Shown one piece after another: positions 46,701 to 59,312 of a stretch of 64,000 bases of DNA. Source of the DNA: Orbicella franksi. Lineage: Eukaryota. The notes below the pieces were generated by a model, which had not been told where the DNA came from, made no database searches, and saw nothing but the letters and a program-made list of their open reading frames with translations. Numbering within the stretch: the stretch's first letter is position 1; each line of letters starts with the position of its first letter. The stretch lies in assembly GCA_964199315.1 (NCBI GenBank), contig OZ116698.1, positions 19,964,001 to 20,028,000 of the forward strand, written 5' to 3'. The translations under genes were made by a program, and so were the position numbers.

Positions 46701-49700
46701 ACATTGTTTCGTTAGCTTTAAAGCAAACTTCTTTTTAACATTTGAGCAAAGTTTAGAGAAGCTTTCAGTAGAAATGCTCCCTACGGGCTAGCGTTTGGGG
46801 CAAATAAAACTGCAGTGACCTTTTTTGCATAAGTGGCGTAAAGGTACAATTTTTTAAGTCATAGATAAGCTTGGACACTTTTACTGCATCTGACAATACC
46901 TTGGGGAAAATAAACTCCAATTGTGTGAAGTGTGTTGTCTTTGAATTTACTTTGATTTCAAATGTCACATGCAGAATAATGAAATAATATCATCATCTTT
47001 TACTCAAACAAACTGAAAGTACTTTTTTTCAGACGACATTTTTGTTTTTGAAGTAACAGCGAAATTTTACTGCCGATGCTAGTAATTTAGAGAAACTATA
47101 AGGTGGGGTGCCAAACTGAGGTCTATTACACCTTTGAGTTTCTCTACACTGCTAAATCTAGAGGGTACGTTTGTTATTATCAAGAAGTTTCCAGATGTTG
47201 GAGAAAATTTTGATTCAATTCAAAACTGTCATCAGACCAGTTCAGTATGCCACATGCTGCGTTTGTTTGGCCACAGCATGTCGCAACAAGGTTCAAGAAC
47301 GCTGGAAAAATGTGGAATAAAATTAAGTCATGGAGACTCGCCAAATTTTGTACTAAGAAGCGAATAAAACTGCATAACAATATAAAGAAATGAAGACATC
47401 CATGATCATCGCAGTTATATACACAACATAAGCAGTTGTGAAATATACAGAAAAGGAAAGGACTGAATAGGTGAACGGAGGAAAGCGCCGGAGACGCGTA
47501 GAAATTATAAATGACCCGGATTTCCGAGAAAAAAAATAAAGTCCTAACAACAAAGTTTTGCTGCTAATTTCAAGCAGCCAGTAATCAAAATTTAGGGCAA
47601 AGTATAAATAAGTAAAGCAACGACTCTTGTTATGTAATAAACTTTCATGTTACATTGAAAAGCAACTTTGAACACAACAGATATCTGATTTACAGTGCTC
47701 TAAATGAGAATCTAATGTCCAATATTTTCTACTTCTCAATCTAAACTCATGAACACGAAAATCATTCACCAGCAAGATTTTACTTAAGTGAGTTTGATAG
47801 TGTAAACATCCTCGTGTAACTTTGCAATACCAGTTTGATATGTTCATGTACTGTATTGACAATCTCAACATTTCACAAAGTCCATCATCATAAAAGTTAC
47901 AACAGTGCGAGTGCCAGAGGTTTTGAAAATTTCCAGATTTTGCATCCTGCAAACAAGCCTACTTTAGATTCTTGAGAACGTGAAATTCGAGCAAAAATGT
48001 ATTGCATTATGTAGTAACTATATGCTGTGTGTGTACGCGTTGCCTGTCAAAAGCCAGGTGACACTCAAAACTAGCAACCTGGAGGTTTTGGTAGCGGCAA
48101 GGATGCATAGTGAATTATTCGATGGTAATTATGTTCTTAATTTTGAAACGTTCTATTTAGTCTTACAGTTTTCAAGATTTTGAAAGATGAAAAGATTTGT
48201 TGATCTTTGAAATTTTAGCACATCTAAGCCCAAAGCTCAAACAGAGTATCAAAAATGCTGAAGGGGAATCTTGAACAGTCAGAAAAAATCTGATGAGTTG
48301 TATTTATAGAGAACAAACAATTAGGCTCTAATCTAACTAAATCAAGGCGGAAAGTGTTACCAACTAAATTGAACGACAGTTTTCTGTGAGAGAATACGGT
48401 AGTTGTTTTGGAACAATTAAAACAATATTAATAATATTACCGAAATTCATAACACAGTTCTATACAACGGGATTAAATTGTCAAAAAGATATAAAAATTT
48501 AATTCAAGTAACCTACTCGAAAGGTTAGTTCATTTACTTTTAGAGTAAGAACTTTCATAACGTGCTTCGAAGTCATTCAATCAGGATTTCTCTCGATCGA
48601 GAGCGATGGTCATTTATCGAGAAAAGTGAGACAGCTGAGTACTAGATCTGTTTACAACTGGGATTATAGTAGAAAGATTCAAAGCCAGGACCAAATATGA
48701 AATTACATGTGTTACAGAATGGAAATGGCGATAAAAATGGTGAATTATTTGGCAATGAAATGAACTCAGCTTACGAAGTCAGATTCAAAAGTAGTGCGAC
48801 CGATTTCTGAAATGTGTAGCGAGGCTTGAAAACAACAACAGTATTGTAAGGGTAAAAAGTTTCAAACTTTCTTTCTAAGTTTAAAATTTATATAAAAAAG
48901 AACTAAAATCGAGCCAGGAAGAATCCAAACACTTGAACGTGCTATTTTGGCAGTTTTACGAACGTCATCCTTCCACTTTGGTCATATTGCTCACATTATT
49001 TTATTCACGAGTTTAACTTTTTCGGCTCAACTAATAATGCAACCTTTTTCTTTGACTAATAATGAATAGTGGAGAAAATTAAACACCGACCTCAGTTTTC
49101 TCTTGAAAATACAACTGTGCTGTATCGAACACCAATAGTTGCAAATGGACACAAAGGGTAGAATACATCCTAAGTGAAGCTATGCACTCCCTCTCTAACG
49201 AATGCATACAGCGCACGAAAGCGAAGCAAAAACATCCAGACCCTAAATGGAGAATAAGTACTCCATTGTTAAACAATAAATACAGAATTGAAATTTTCAA
49301 GGCTCGTCGTTTTCGCTGTTAGCTTTAGTGAGCTTTTTTACGCTCAGGAATGCCGGAGAAAAACCCAATTTACACATTTATGAAAAAGTAATTGTTCCAG
49401 TCCGTCATGGCCTCACACGAGATGCAAGTGATAAAGTCCTTAACGATAACAAAAACATAGCAACAAGGTAGTTAAACAACAAAACATAAATAGCACATCT
49501 CAAGTGCGTAACCATTAACCAAAAGGCGTAAGAGGCCCACAACAATGAAAGGCTATTAAGGAAGAACAAAGGAAGCGAAACTTATCCCATGGTGTAACTG
49601 TTGATCCTAAAATAGTCACTTATTTCTGGTTGGGAGTCCAAGGAGCCGATATAGGGCTAATCGATTCGAGATAAGATCTTTTGAGTCCCACCTAACGAGC

Positions 49701-52700
49701 AGTCAGGATACTTAGACAATTCCTAAAAAGGCAAACCACTAACTAGTAATTTTCCAGTTTACGTGCTTCTGTTATCTTGATTTGGATGCGTTGGAAAATA
49801 ATAATAACCTTGGTCTTGTCTCTGGTTTACCCTTTGTAGCCAGTTAAGGCAAAATGTCTGCACGCTAGCCGACTGGGATATTGCTAAACAAGGAATAATT
49901 ACTTGATCACCCTCTTCTCTACGGCTTAAAGGAATCAATTTATTCTCAGTAAATATTGCAAGAGTTTACTTGTCTATCGGCGGAAGAGGTTGAAGTCTTT
50001 AATATTTCCTTCAGTTTCCCTTCCCTGTATATAAAATTGTTTAATTTGACACATGTACGATAAGAATTATTACTAAAATACTTCTGAACGCTGTGCTGCT
50101 GTGGTGCTGTTGTAGTACTGCTATAGTTTGTATTACAGAGGCACAGTTTATGAAACCATCGCAAGTTTTACACTCCAAAGCCGAGAACACGTTAACTTTC
50201 CGTGATAAAGAAATATCCGCATTATATAGTTAAAGTTTATTTGAAGAATTTACTATCCCCAGGACCAAGTGATCATCGCATGAATAAAGAAGTGTCTGTA
50301 TAAAGGCGTTTCCGAGTGGAGAGATTCGACTGTGCTAGAATTTTGTATTTCATTGCACCCATGTCATGCTCGACACCTACTTTCCTCTTACAACGTGGTT
50401 ATAAGTAAAAAAAACGCGACGAGAAAAACTGAAGAAACACATCAACTAAGGAACATTGCCTCTGTTTTAAACCAAATAGAATTAATGAACCCAAAAAGAT
50501 CTGGCTGGCATACACCTGGTATTATAGTGCACATTGAGAGCTTGAGACTGAAGATATATACATATTTTTGCTTTTTTTTTTTTGTTTTTTTTTTTGTTTA
50601 ATTTCTGACTTTGCATTGAGACAATTCTGAGAAGAAAAAAAGGGGACGAGAGATTCAAGTGTAGAAAAGGTCGGCAGCAAATAATTTTCGCCAAGCGAAT
50701 GCGGAAATACTTAAATGCAGAATTAATATATAGATATATATATATAAGGATTATGTGCAAGAAGGTGATGAAAAGACCTGTTAAAGTAGCTGACTACCTT
50801 TGCGTGCTTATTAACACATGCCTATTGTTTGTAAGTCTTCATAAAATGACTTTAAGATCAAAAATAGAAAAATTTATTCACCACGATTTATAATACAATG
50901 TAAGACCTTGCATGTTTGCCTTAATTGTTTCGTGATTCGGGAAAGTGTGTGCTTCTCATGGAGTTCCCGTTTGCGGCAAAAAACAGGGCTGACCGGACTT
51001 CTTTGAAGTCCTTACATCAGACTAATTTTTCCTGTCTGCTCACGGACTTCCGATAAATCAGTCATCCTCCGCTGATTTTTAGCGTCTTATTTACCATGTG
51101 AGCTAAAAGGTTAAAAATTATTCAAACGAAACGGATAACAGTCGTCAATGAATTATACATTCTTTTCAAGTCGCGAGGCAATTTAGAGTTGGCTTGCCAC
51201 TTAGTTTTAAAAGTTTGATAATATAGTGTGGCAAGAATAAGCCAGGATTGTTGAAATAACAAGAAACTGTTGAACGCAGCTAAATATCGTACTAGTTTTG
51301 CCGGGATGTGTTGCAGTACTCTTTATAATTATGTTAAATTATGCAGACAGCTGAATCTACTTGACATGCCAACCACTTATTTACGTCAAAACTGAGAAAC
51401 CTTGGCAACAACGATACAAGCGGAAAACAAGTGTACGTTTCGATTCGCTTAGCTAGCCTCGTAAAGTTTTTACGGTCTTGGTATTGCTCTTTCATTGAAG
51501 AGATTTTTTCAAGTTACTGTAAGGAATAATAGAGAGAAAGCGCGTTCGAGTGAGTGACCAAGCCCAAAAGCAGTCAATTTATTGCAAATGCAATGTTTGT
51601 TACTCTGACGAACCTGTCACCATTACTCAGCAAAATTATCTTCGTCACTGCACGCTATGGTTAGAATACTCTTTCAACGATTATGATTATGCGGAATTAA
51701 AACAGGGGCAGTAATGGTTTCCAAGAACAATAAACACTAACAATTTCCTGTCTGAAATGAAGCAAGTCAAAGGCAGATTAGTCAGGAAATGGCATCTCCG
51801 TCTTCTTTTTCAAACGGGACTTACTGTTTTCGACGCTAAATAATTCGCTAGATTATTATAACAAATTGGAAAAGCCAGAAGCACAAAAAGCGCGTGAAAT
51901 TGTGCATGGAACAAATTTGGCTTTTCAAAGTGGCCTTTGAAATTTTTATGACTTTTTAATTAGGGGCTTTTCGTGAACAGAAACTCGTCTAGAAACAAGT
52001 TATGTCAACATATCCTAGATATCATTGATGGATGTCAGTTATCAATGGATCTTTGAAATTTTGCCCTTGGTATACAATTTTATTCTTAAGATGCTAGAGG
52101 CAAATTGTACTCAAACAATCACTAGCGTATCTCGGATCTAAGTGCAAAGCTCGTTCAACCTTGTCAGAAAAATAAGATAAAGATAAAACAGGTCAACATT
52201 GTCTCCAGATTTCTCGAAACATTGTGGCTTTAGAAAACGGTCATGAACGCAGCGTTTTAGACAAAATAAGGGTGGGCAAATTTTCAAGCAACGACGCCTA
52301 TTACATTCTCATGCAAAGTAACAATTTTCGTGCTTGAAACCTACAAACGCAGATAATTAGATCTGTTTGGGAACAGAAAAGAGCTGCAAATTGGCCTAAT
52401 GCGTTTGGTGGTCATTACGTCAACAGACTGGGATAACAATAGTTGGAATTTTGTTTTTGTAGCCAGGAGGCAGGTAACACTCAATAATAGTCTAATGCCG
52501 ACTCGAATTTGAAAGGAAGACTAACGCAACTGTTTTATATGATGCAAAGAGCCGGATTTCATTTCAGACAAACAAATGACTGCTTTAACGTAACCATATG
52601 GCGTTGCGTGATGTACACTTTGTGGGGAGGTCCACTAAAAGCCCATTCATAATAGAGCTGTAATTGGTCCATTCAGGAAATGCATCTGGTGAACTAATCG

Positions 52701-55700
52701 TATAATTTTTCATTACAACCTATCACGCCTCCTTTCACTTAAGTACCACTCGACTCAAACGCGTCACCAGTTCGAGGCAGTTAGACAAGGGCTTAATTTG
52801 CACAGTTTTGCTTGCAGCGAAAAACTCAAACACCGTGTCGGCTACGCAAGTCTGCGCTTGCAGTGGCGTTGTAATTCGTACGTCTCTGTCTGAAAACACA
52901 GCAAAACAAAACAACTCGAAATTTGCTTTTTACTGACGTTCACTACTGATTGGCAAGGTGCTGCGAATTTTGTCAAAACAGAACGCCTTTAATATCGTTC
53001 GCGTGCGAACGAAAGGTAAACAAAGTCCGACCACGCATTGTTAAATGATTGTATCGGCGAGGGTCCACTCCACTACCGGAAGTTCCATGGTGCAAAGTGC
53101 GAATGAGCTGATGACAACCATTTCTCTACTAAATTATACCAGCTTAGCCACTCGAACATTTAAGCCAACAAGCTGTAATAAAATCGCTCTTTCCCAGAAG
53201 ATTTACATGTTCCTAAACCATGCAATAAGTGGCAGAGGGCAAGCGAGTCTGGTAATCAAACAATTAAAGCGATAACAAAATTCCGCAGGTCGAAATGAGT
53301 GAGTGAGTGAGTGAGTGCGACAGGGTGTGAAAAGGTGGGTAGAACTGCGCGCTTACAATTATAACACACTGTTCATATAAACAATAGAAAATTTACTAAA
53401 CGCAGTAGCACCTAGATAACGTCGCAGTAAGAGACGATCTTCGTCTGATCCAGTCAACAAAAAAGGTATTGAGAAAACAATGAAATACTCTATCACCCAG
53501 CCGTCCATAAACCTTCATGCATGCTTCAGTAGGTCTAACAAAATGAAACCGTTGCTTAGTTAGATCGACAACTGGCAATATGTACAACAGTATTGCTCGC
53601 CGTTGCACTCATTTTACAATCCACAATAAACACTCCACTTTATTATATTTCATACCGGATATGCATGTGTGGACACTAGAACGGACAAAAGGCAAGGCAC
53701 ATATAGCTAAAAACAATTTATAGTGAAACGCTGGAACTATCGCACAACATAAGAAGAACGTTAAGCATGACGAAAATAATCGAGCAGTAGCGAGTTAAAT
53801 ACTTTGTGTATTTGATATTCTGGCGTGGATGCCGACTTATTTTCCTCGTTTAAAGCACAAAGAAATACATATTATTACATAACAGCTTGACGTACACCAA
53901 GGTATATACATGCAGTGTCGTTTGTGGGCAGTACACAAGTTGTTAAACAGGCTTGAGCTTAATATGATACAAAGTAGTTTTTTTTTTTACAAAAACTTAC
54001 AACTAGCCATTAGCAAATTGTTCAAACCAACCTGCAGGAATACTAATGAACCCTCAGAAGGGAGATGATTTACTTGATATCCTTCAAGGAAGCTCCCTGC
54101 TTATCGAGAGTTAATTTGGCGTGAGGTGAGATAAAATGGTCGCACTTTGATTAATTCAACATCATCATGGTACATTATACTACCAGTAAAACGTTCATCT
54201 CTCTTACAGTCTAAGACTCGGGGTATTCCAAGACAAGACTGCTGAATGGCTCGGTTTCGAACGTAATGGAGGCCTAGGTTAATTCTCACCTCAAGTAAAG
54301 ACTCACTGGCGTTGTTGCATTTAGTGTGGATTCCCAACAAACGGGATTACTTATATTTGCGACAGAATTTCGAGGCTCGACTTAAAAGTGGTCTTTTTAT
54401 ATTCAGCCAATTTGTGAAATTCAATAATTTAAATGATACCAATATCAAACCTAAGAACTGGAACAAAAGAAATAGCTATTGAAAGTACATTTCAGTTGTA
54501 TACGAATAACTTTTGCATCTGGTACTGTAGAAAAAAACGCGGTACATGCAAATACAGTAACCAGGAGATTAATGAAATCGCTTGAGGACAGTAACACTGA
54601 AACTTTAAAAACACAAAAATAGAGGAAGATGGCTATTGCATTAAATGCTTTTGGCATTCAGAATATCTCGTTGCACGTATTGAAGTATCATAGCAACGTG
54701 ATTGCGAAATACATGGCAGGTTAATCTTGTACTCTTCTCCTTTTCCTAGCAAGCTTCGGTTTCTTTCCCTGATGGGAGATAACGCTCACTTGGAATATAC
54801 AGCGATTAACCACGATTGACTTATCTCTCACACAGCATATTCCAATATAAAAAACTGAGCTTAACTTTCCGAGTTACAGACATGGAATAATATGGAGTTA
54901 GGTAACGTGTATAGAAAGCCCAATCTCTTTTTTTTTTATCTTATCTTGCTCTGCTGTTTGCTTTTCTTTGCGGAGTCTGTTAGACTCGATCTCAACATTA
55001 ATAAGTACCTCTTGCGTGTGTATTATTTGACCTGCATCTCAAAGCCCAGACGAAAATCTCGAAGAGGCGAGCCTCTATGCACGATCAAGCTATATTTAGC
55101 GCTGCCGAAAAATGTCGCCAACACATTAACAATATCACTAACTCATTCATTCCGTCACTTCGCCAGAAGATTCTGCTGAAGAGAAATATTGTCGCTCTTC
55201 AAACACACACCAGAAAACTAGAGAATCAATGTTTTAAGAGAGAGCGATACATCAGACGACAAAGGTACCAGACGGTTCTGTTAGGTCTTGATATTAGTAA
55301 TGCTAGGGCAACAGGGGTAATTACTCGGGATACAGTAGTTATCAAAATCAAACAACCTTAGTCGTATTTAACAAGCTTAAAGTGACTTCTTTAGGGTCTC
55401 GGTGTAGTTGGAGAACCATTATCCGGCGACTTACGTCAATAGATTCTCTGCAGATTGTAAATGCAAAGTCTTATAGTGGCTAACCAGCAGAAACAAGGCC
55501 TTGAATATTAGGTGAAGGCACAGCCATACACATTCACAAACAGAACATATAGCACAATCCCTGAAGATTGTAAACCTCAAAGTTTCTATACTGGCTTACA
55601 CAGATGACCGTAAAGCGCTAAATATAAGAGGAAGTCAGAGATACACATTTGTAAACACATATAGCATGTATAAACATGGTGTAAGTGAATTAAACGTGAC

Positions 55701-58700
55701 CGCGATCTGTCACATTATAGCTACTTGATTTTCAACTTACGTCTATATAGCTCATCAGTCTACTAATAAATGAAAAGATAGCCTCGACAGGGGAAGTCTG
55801 AAAAGAATGTTAAAATTACTATGGAGAAAAATTGAAAAACAAGCCAGAAATACTCTGCCGTGCGCAATGAGAAAGGGAGACGCCTAGGTGTGAGTGTACA
55901 CTTCACAGGGTTGATAGGAGTACGGTCTATTTATACACTCATTAACATTTCGGTAAATTCCCATGGTGGAGTTCTAAAGATATAAAGGAACCGGGTTTTT
56001 TAAAATAAACACTAAGCCGCAATTTAAGTTGTGAAATTTTACTGAAAACAACAATAAGACATGACAGGTAGCATAGGCTGCTATCGAGGGACAATGGGTT
56101 TAGTCTTGTTGTTCAAGAATTTCCGTGGTAAAATTTATGTCTTCTCGTAGACTGTTTTTATCAAACGTGGTTTCAGCTAAGCAGGACTTTTTTGCTTTTA
56201 TCAAGATGAAACCCACTGGTTTCGGCACCGAAATATCTTTGTCTCAAGGGTTGTTATGGAGACAGTGTTAAAGAACCAAAGTCCGCGCCCTGTGTATTGC
56301 ATTTTGTGTCCTTTTTCTGAGGACCGAGACATCTTGTCCAGCCAAGATTCGTTGATTGGACGTTGAGATTTTTATTGCGTGGATGTGTCGCCGCAACTTA
56401 TTGCCCTACGCTTTAACGACCCATTAGGAGAAGCATTGTCTGTAGCTTCGACTCACGATCACATGCTGTGATCACGAAAGAGAGCATCGGTTAAGAGAAC
56501 AATCTCGGTGACATGGTCTCATTTTCTATCCAGTAGAGAGCAGACCTTCACCGAATCTCGAGTTTTCTACGCCGACTAGAATTATCTTTGCATAGAAGGG
56601 CTGTCGCGTCAAGGGGCGGGAAAATCATAAGGCAACCTGTTATTAAAAGCTTTATCCCTCATTATAGTGCTCCTCTCAGCTAGTCGAAAATCCTATCAGA
56701 TTGTGCCCAGGCATTTCAGTTTGTTTGTTATTCTTGTAAGTGAATTCCTTTCTCCATTGCCGTCGTTTAATTGTGCTGATATGGGCGGGGGTTCACAAAG
56801 GTGCGAGCTGGCTCTTGACTATTACGATTCCGTGAAGTCACGTAACCGACAGTGAGTTTCGAGAAAGCAATTATAAGAGATGCCGGCAACTCTGACCACA
56901 AAAACGTCAACCGTGCGACCGTTATATTGGTCCTGTGCTGGCCATTATTATCGTAATCTGGAGTGATAATCACCCTCTTGAAACAATTTACCCCTTACTC
57001 CGCCAGTTCCCATACACGGCAACCGCAAATTACTTTGAGAGAAAATTCGCGCAGTACCTCAAGAAAAAGACCTGGGATTTTACCACGGGAATCAAGCGTA
57101 TATTGGTGCTATTTTCGTTCGTCTAAGTGGCAGAAGTTGTTTCGGTATGCTTTGTTGCGCGGGTCGTTTGCTATCGAGACGCTGTTTTTGACATGCGTCA
57201 AAGGGAGTTTTTTTGACGGAAGGGCAATTTAGCAGTCACGAAACTGTTGCCGTGTGGTTGTCGTAACAGTCAAAACAACATCATAGCAACTCACGAAAGC
57301 TCTTCAAAATTGGCCTTAATTCAGTTCAATAAATCACCGATCAATCAAGCGCCTCATTGCTTGCCTTTGTAGAATTATACCTCCTTTAGGAGTTATAAGA
57401 AAGGAAATCAGCTTATTGTAACGACGAACACCCGATGGCCATTAACATGCAGACCATAACCTAAAATAGGCATTATAGTTTGTCAATAGTTCCTGGAGGG
57501 TAAACTAACTTTAAAAAAATGGTTTTGTAAACGCCCACAGGATGCACGAGAAGTAAAATTCCTTAGCCAAAATGAGATGAAGACTTTTAAGAAGGAAGTA
57601 ACCAAATATAATTTAAAGACATCAGTCCATTTTCTTTGTAAGATTTTCAATTCAAAACTGTATTTGCGCAAACTAAATTTTATTGCAGAAAAAATCCTAT
57701 CTATTATGAAACTAAATCTTTGTGAGATAAAAATTTGGCAAACTAAATTTCCTTGCAAAAAATGTTGAGACAGCCAATTCGTTTCTTCAAAGGGTTTATA
57801 AATGTTGTGTCGCGTTACACCATTCTTAATAAACGCTTCAAGAATTGCTAAACGACTCAGGGAGATGGCAGAAAGCAAGCTACTTAATCCCCTTCTGAGA
57901 TAGTCTCATCTTGTTTAGAGCCCTTTCACCAGCCTTTACTTAGCTAAACAATAAACTGATTCAAACGGAGATAGCCATAATCTTGCATCAGTAAAACAAA
58001 GCTAAGTCTCGTCCCATCTCTTTATTAAACAATGGTGAACTGTTATCTATATACATTTGAATTCTACGATTTGTTCCTCCTCTCTTCCGTTCATGGTGTA
58101 CTTTTTACGGCAAATAAAAAGCTCTCACAAGCACATTTAGAAAATTAATACAAACTGACAAAAGCAACTGTAAATTTATGTACAATGGAATTTAATTCTA
58201 ACTAAAATTTGAACTACAGCTAATGAACATGACGCCGTTCACACCGCGACGATGTGAAACGACCTAAATGAACAAAATTTTAACACGCCTCGCTTATTTT
58301 GACAAAAATATATTCCTTACAATAAATCGTTATAAGCGAGTACATTTTCTTATCTTTTAACTTTTGAAATTTCTTTTGTAGATTGTGGTGTTTTATGAAA
58401 CATACGTGTGAAGAAACGCCTCTTTCACAGCTAATCGTGTTGGCTTTTGAAAGTTCTCTCTTATTACTTCTTTTTATATTATATATATATTTTCTTTTTC
58501 TTATAAAGTATTGTTTTAAAAAAGAAAGTTAGATCTGTTGGCGTCTGTGCACTGAAGAAGCCCTCCATGGCTTCTCTAAGTGTGAATTAGAGTAGAACGA
58601 ACGCCACGAAGACAATCGTGTTCACTACAATTAAAAAATTTCTGTGGCTTCTAAATGAAACCTTTGATGAATACAGTACAGATACGACGTCAAGAAGACA

Positions 58701-59312
58701 TTGCTAATCTTAATTTACTCAGCTTTTCAAAGCCAGGCACTGTGGTAGTATTTTGAGAAGGCAAAATAATATTTCATAGAATTCTCATGAAGATCAAATG
58801 CGATAGAAAGTAAACTAAAGCAAGCATTAACTGTTTACAACTAAGATATATTTATATATTATATGTTTTAAATGCTTGCAGACAAGTTGAAATACCAATG
58901 AGAACTGTTTGAGTCCCCTTCATTTCATAAACATTACTGAATATTCTTTTTCCCAATGATGTACCAAAAACGTCCTTATATATATTGCAAATAGCCAATT
59001 CTTTTACTCTTAATAGCATAAAACATTTTCACATCTTCGTAATATAAAACTTTAAAGATTTTTCTTTTTAACGAACAGAAGCATTTGTTTCGTTTACTTA
59101 CTAATCTATCAGTTCTTCGATTTGCGGTAAATGGTTTGAAACCATCTCTCTGCCAGTCTCTATTCTTTGTGGCGAGGTTATCGACCTTTGTTACGGTCTT
59201 TTCTTTGCAGATGAAATGTTCCTAGCGCTGCATTTAAAGCAGCAGGTAATGTTTCTCTTAAATAAGTCTCTTTCTCAGCCAGCGAGACTGTATTCCGTGA
59301 AAGTGTTCCGCG

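Noticed and set aside
56935-57878. ORFs of 63-131 aa
   Set aside because: Non-ATG starts or AT-rich composition with no recognisable motif or convincing splice pair.
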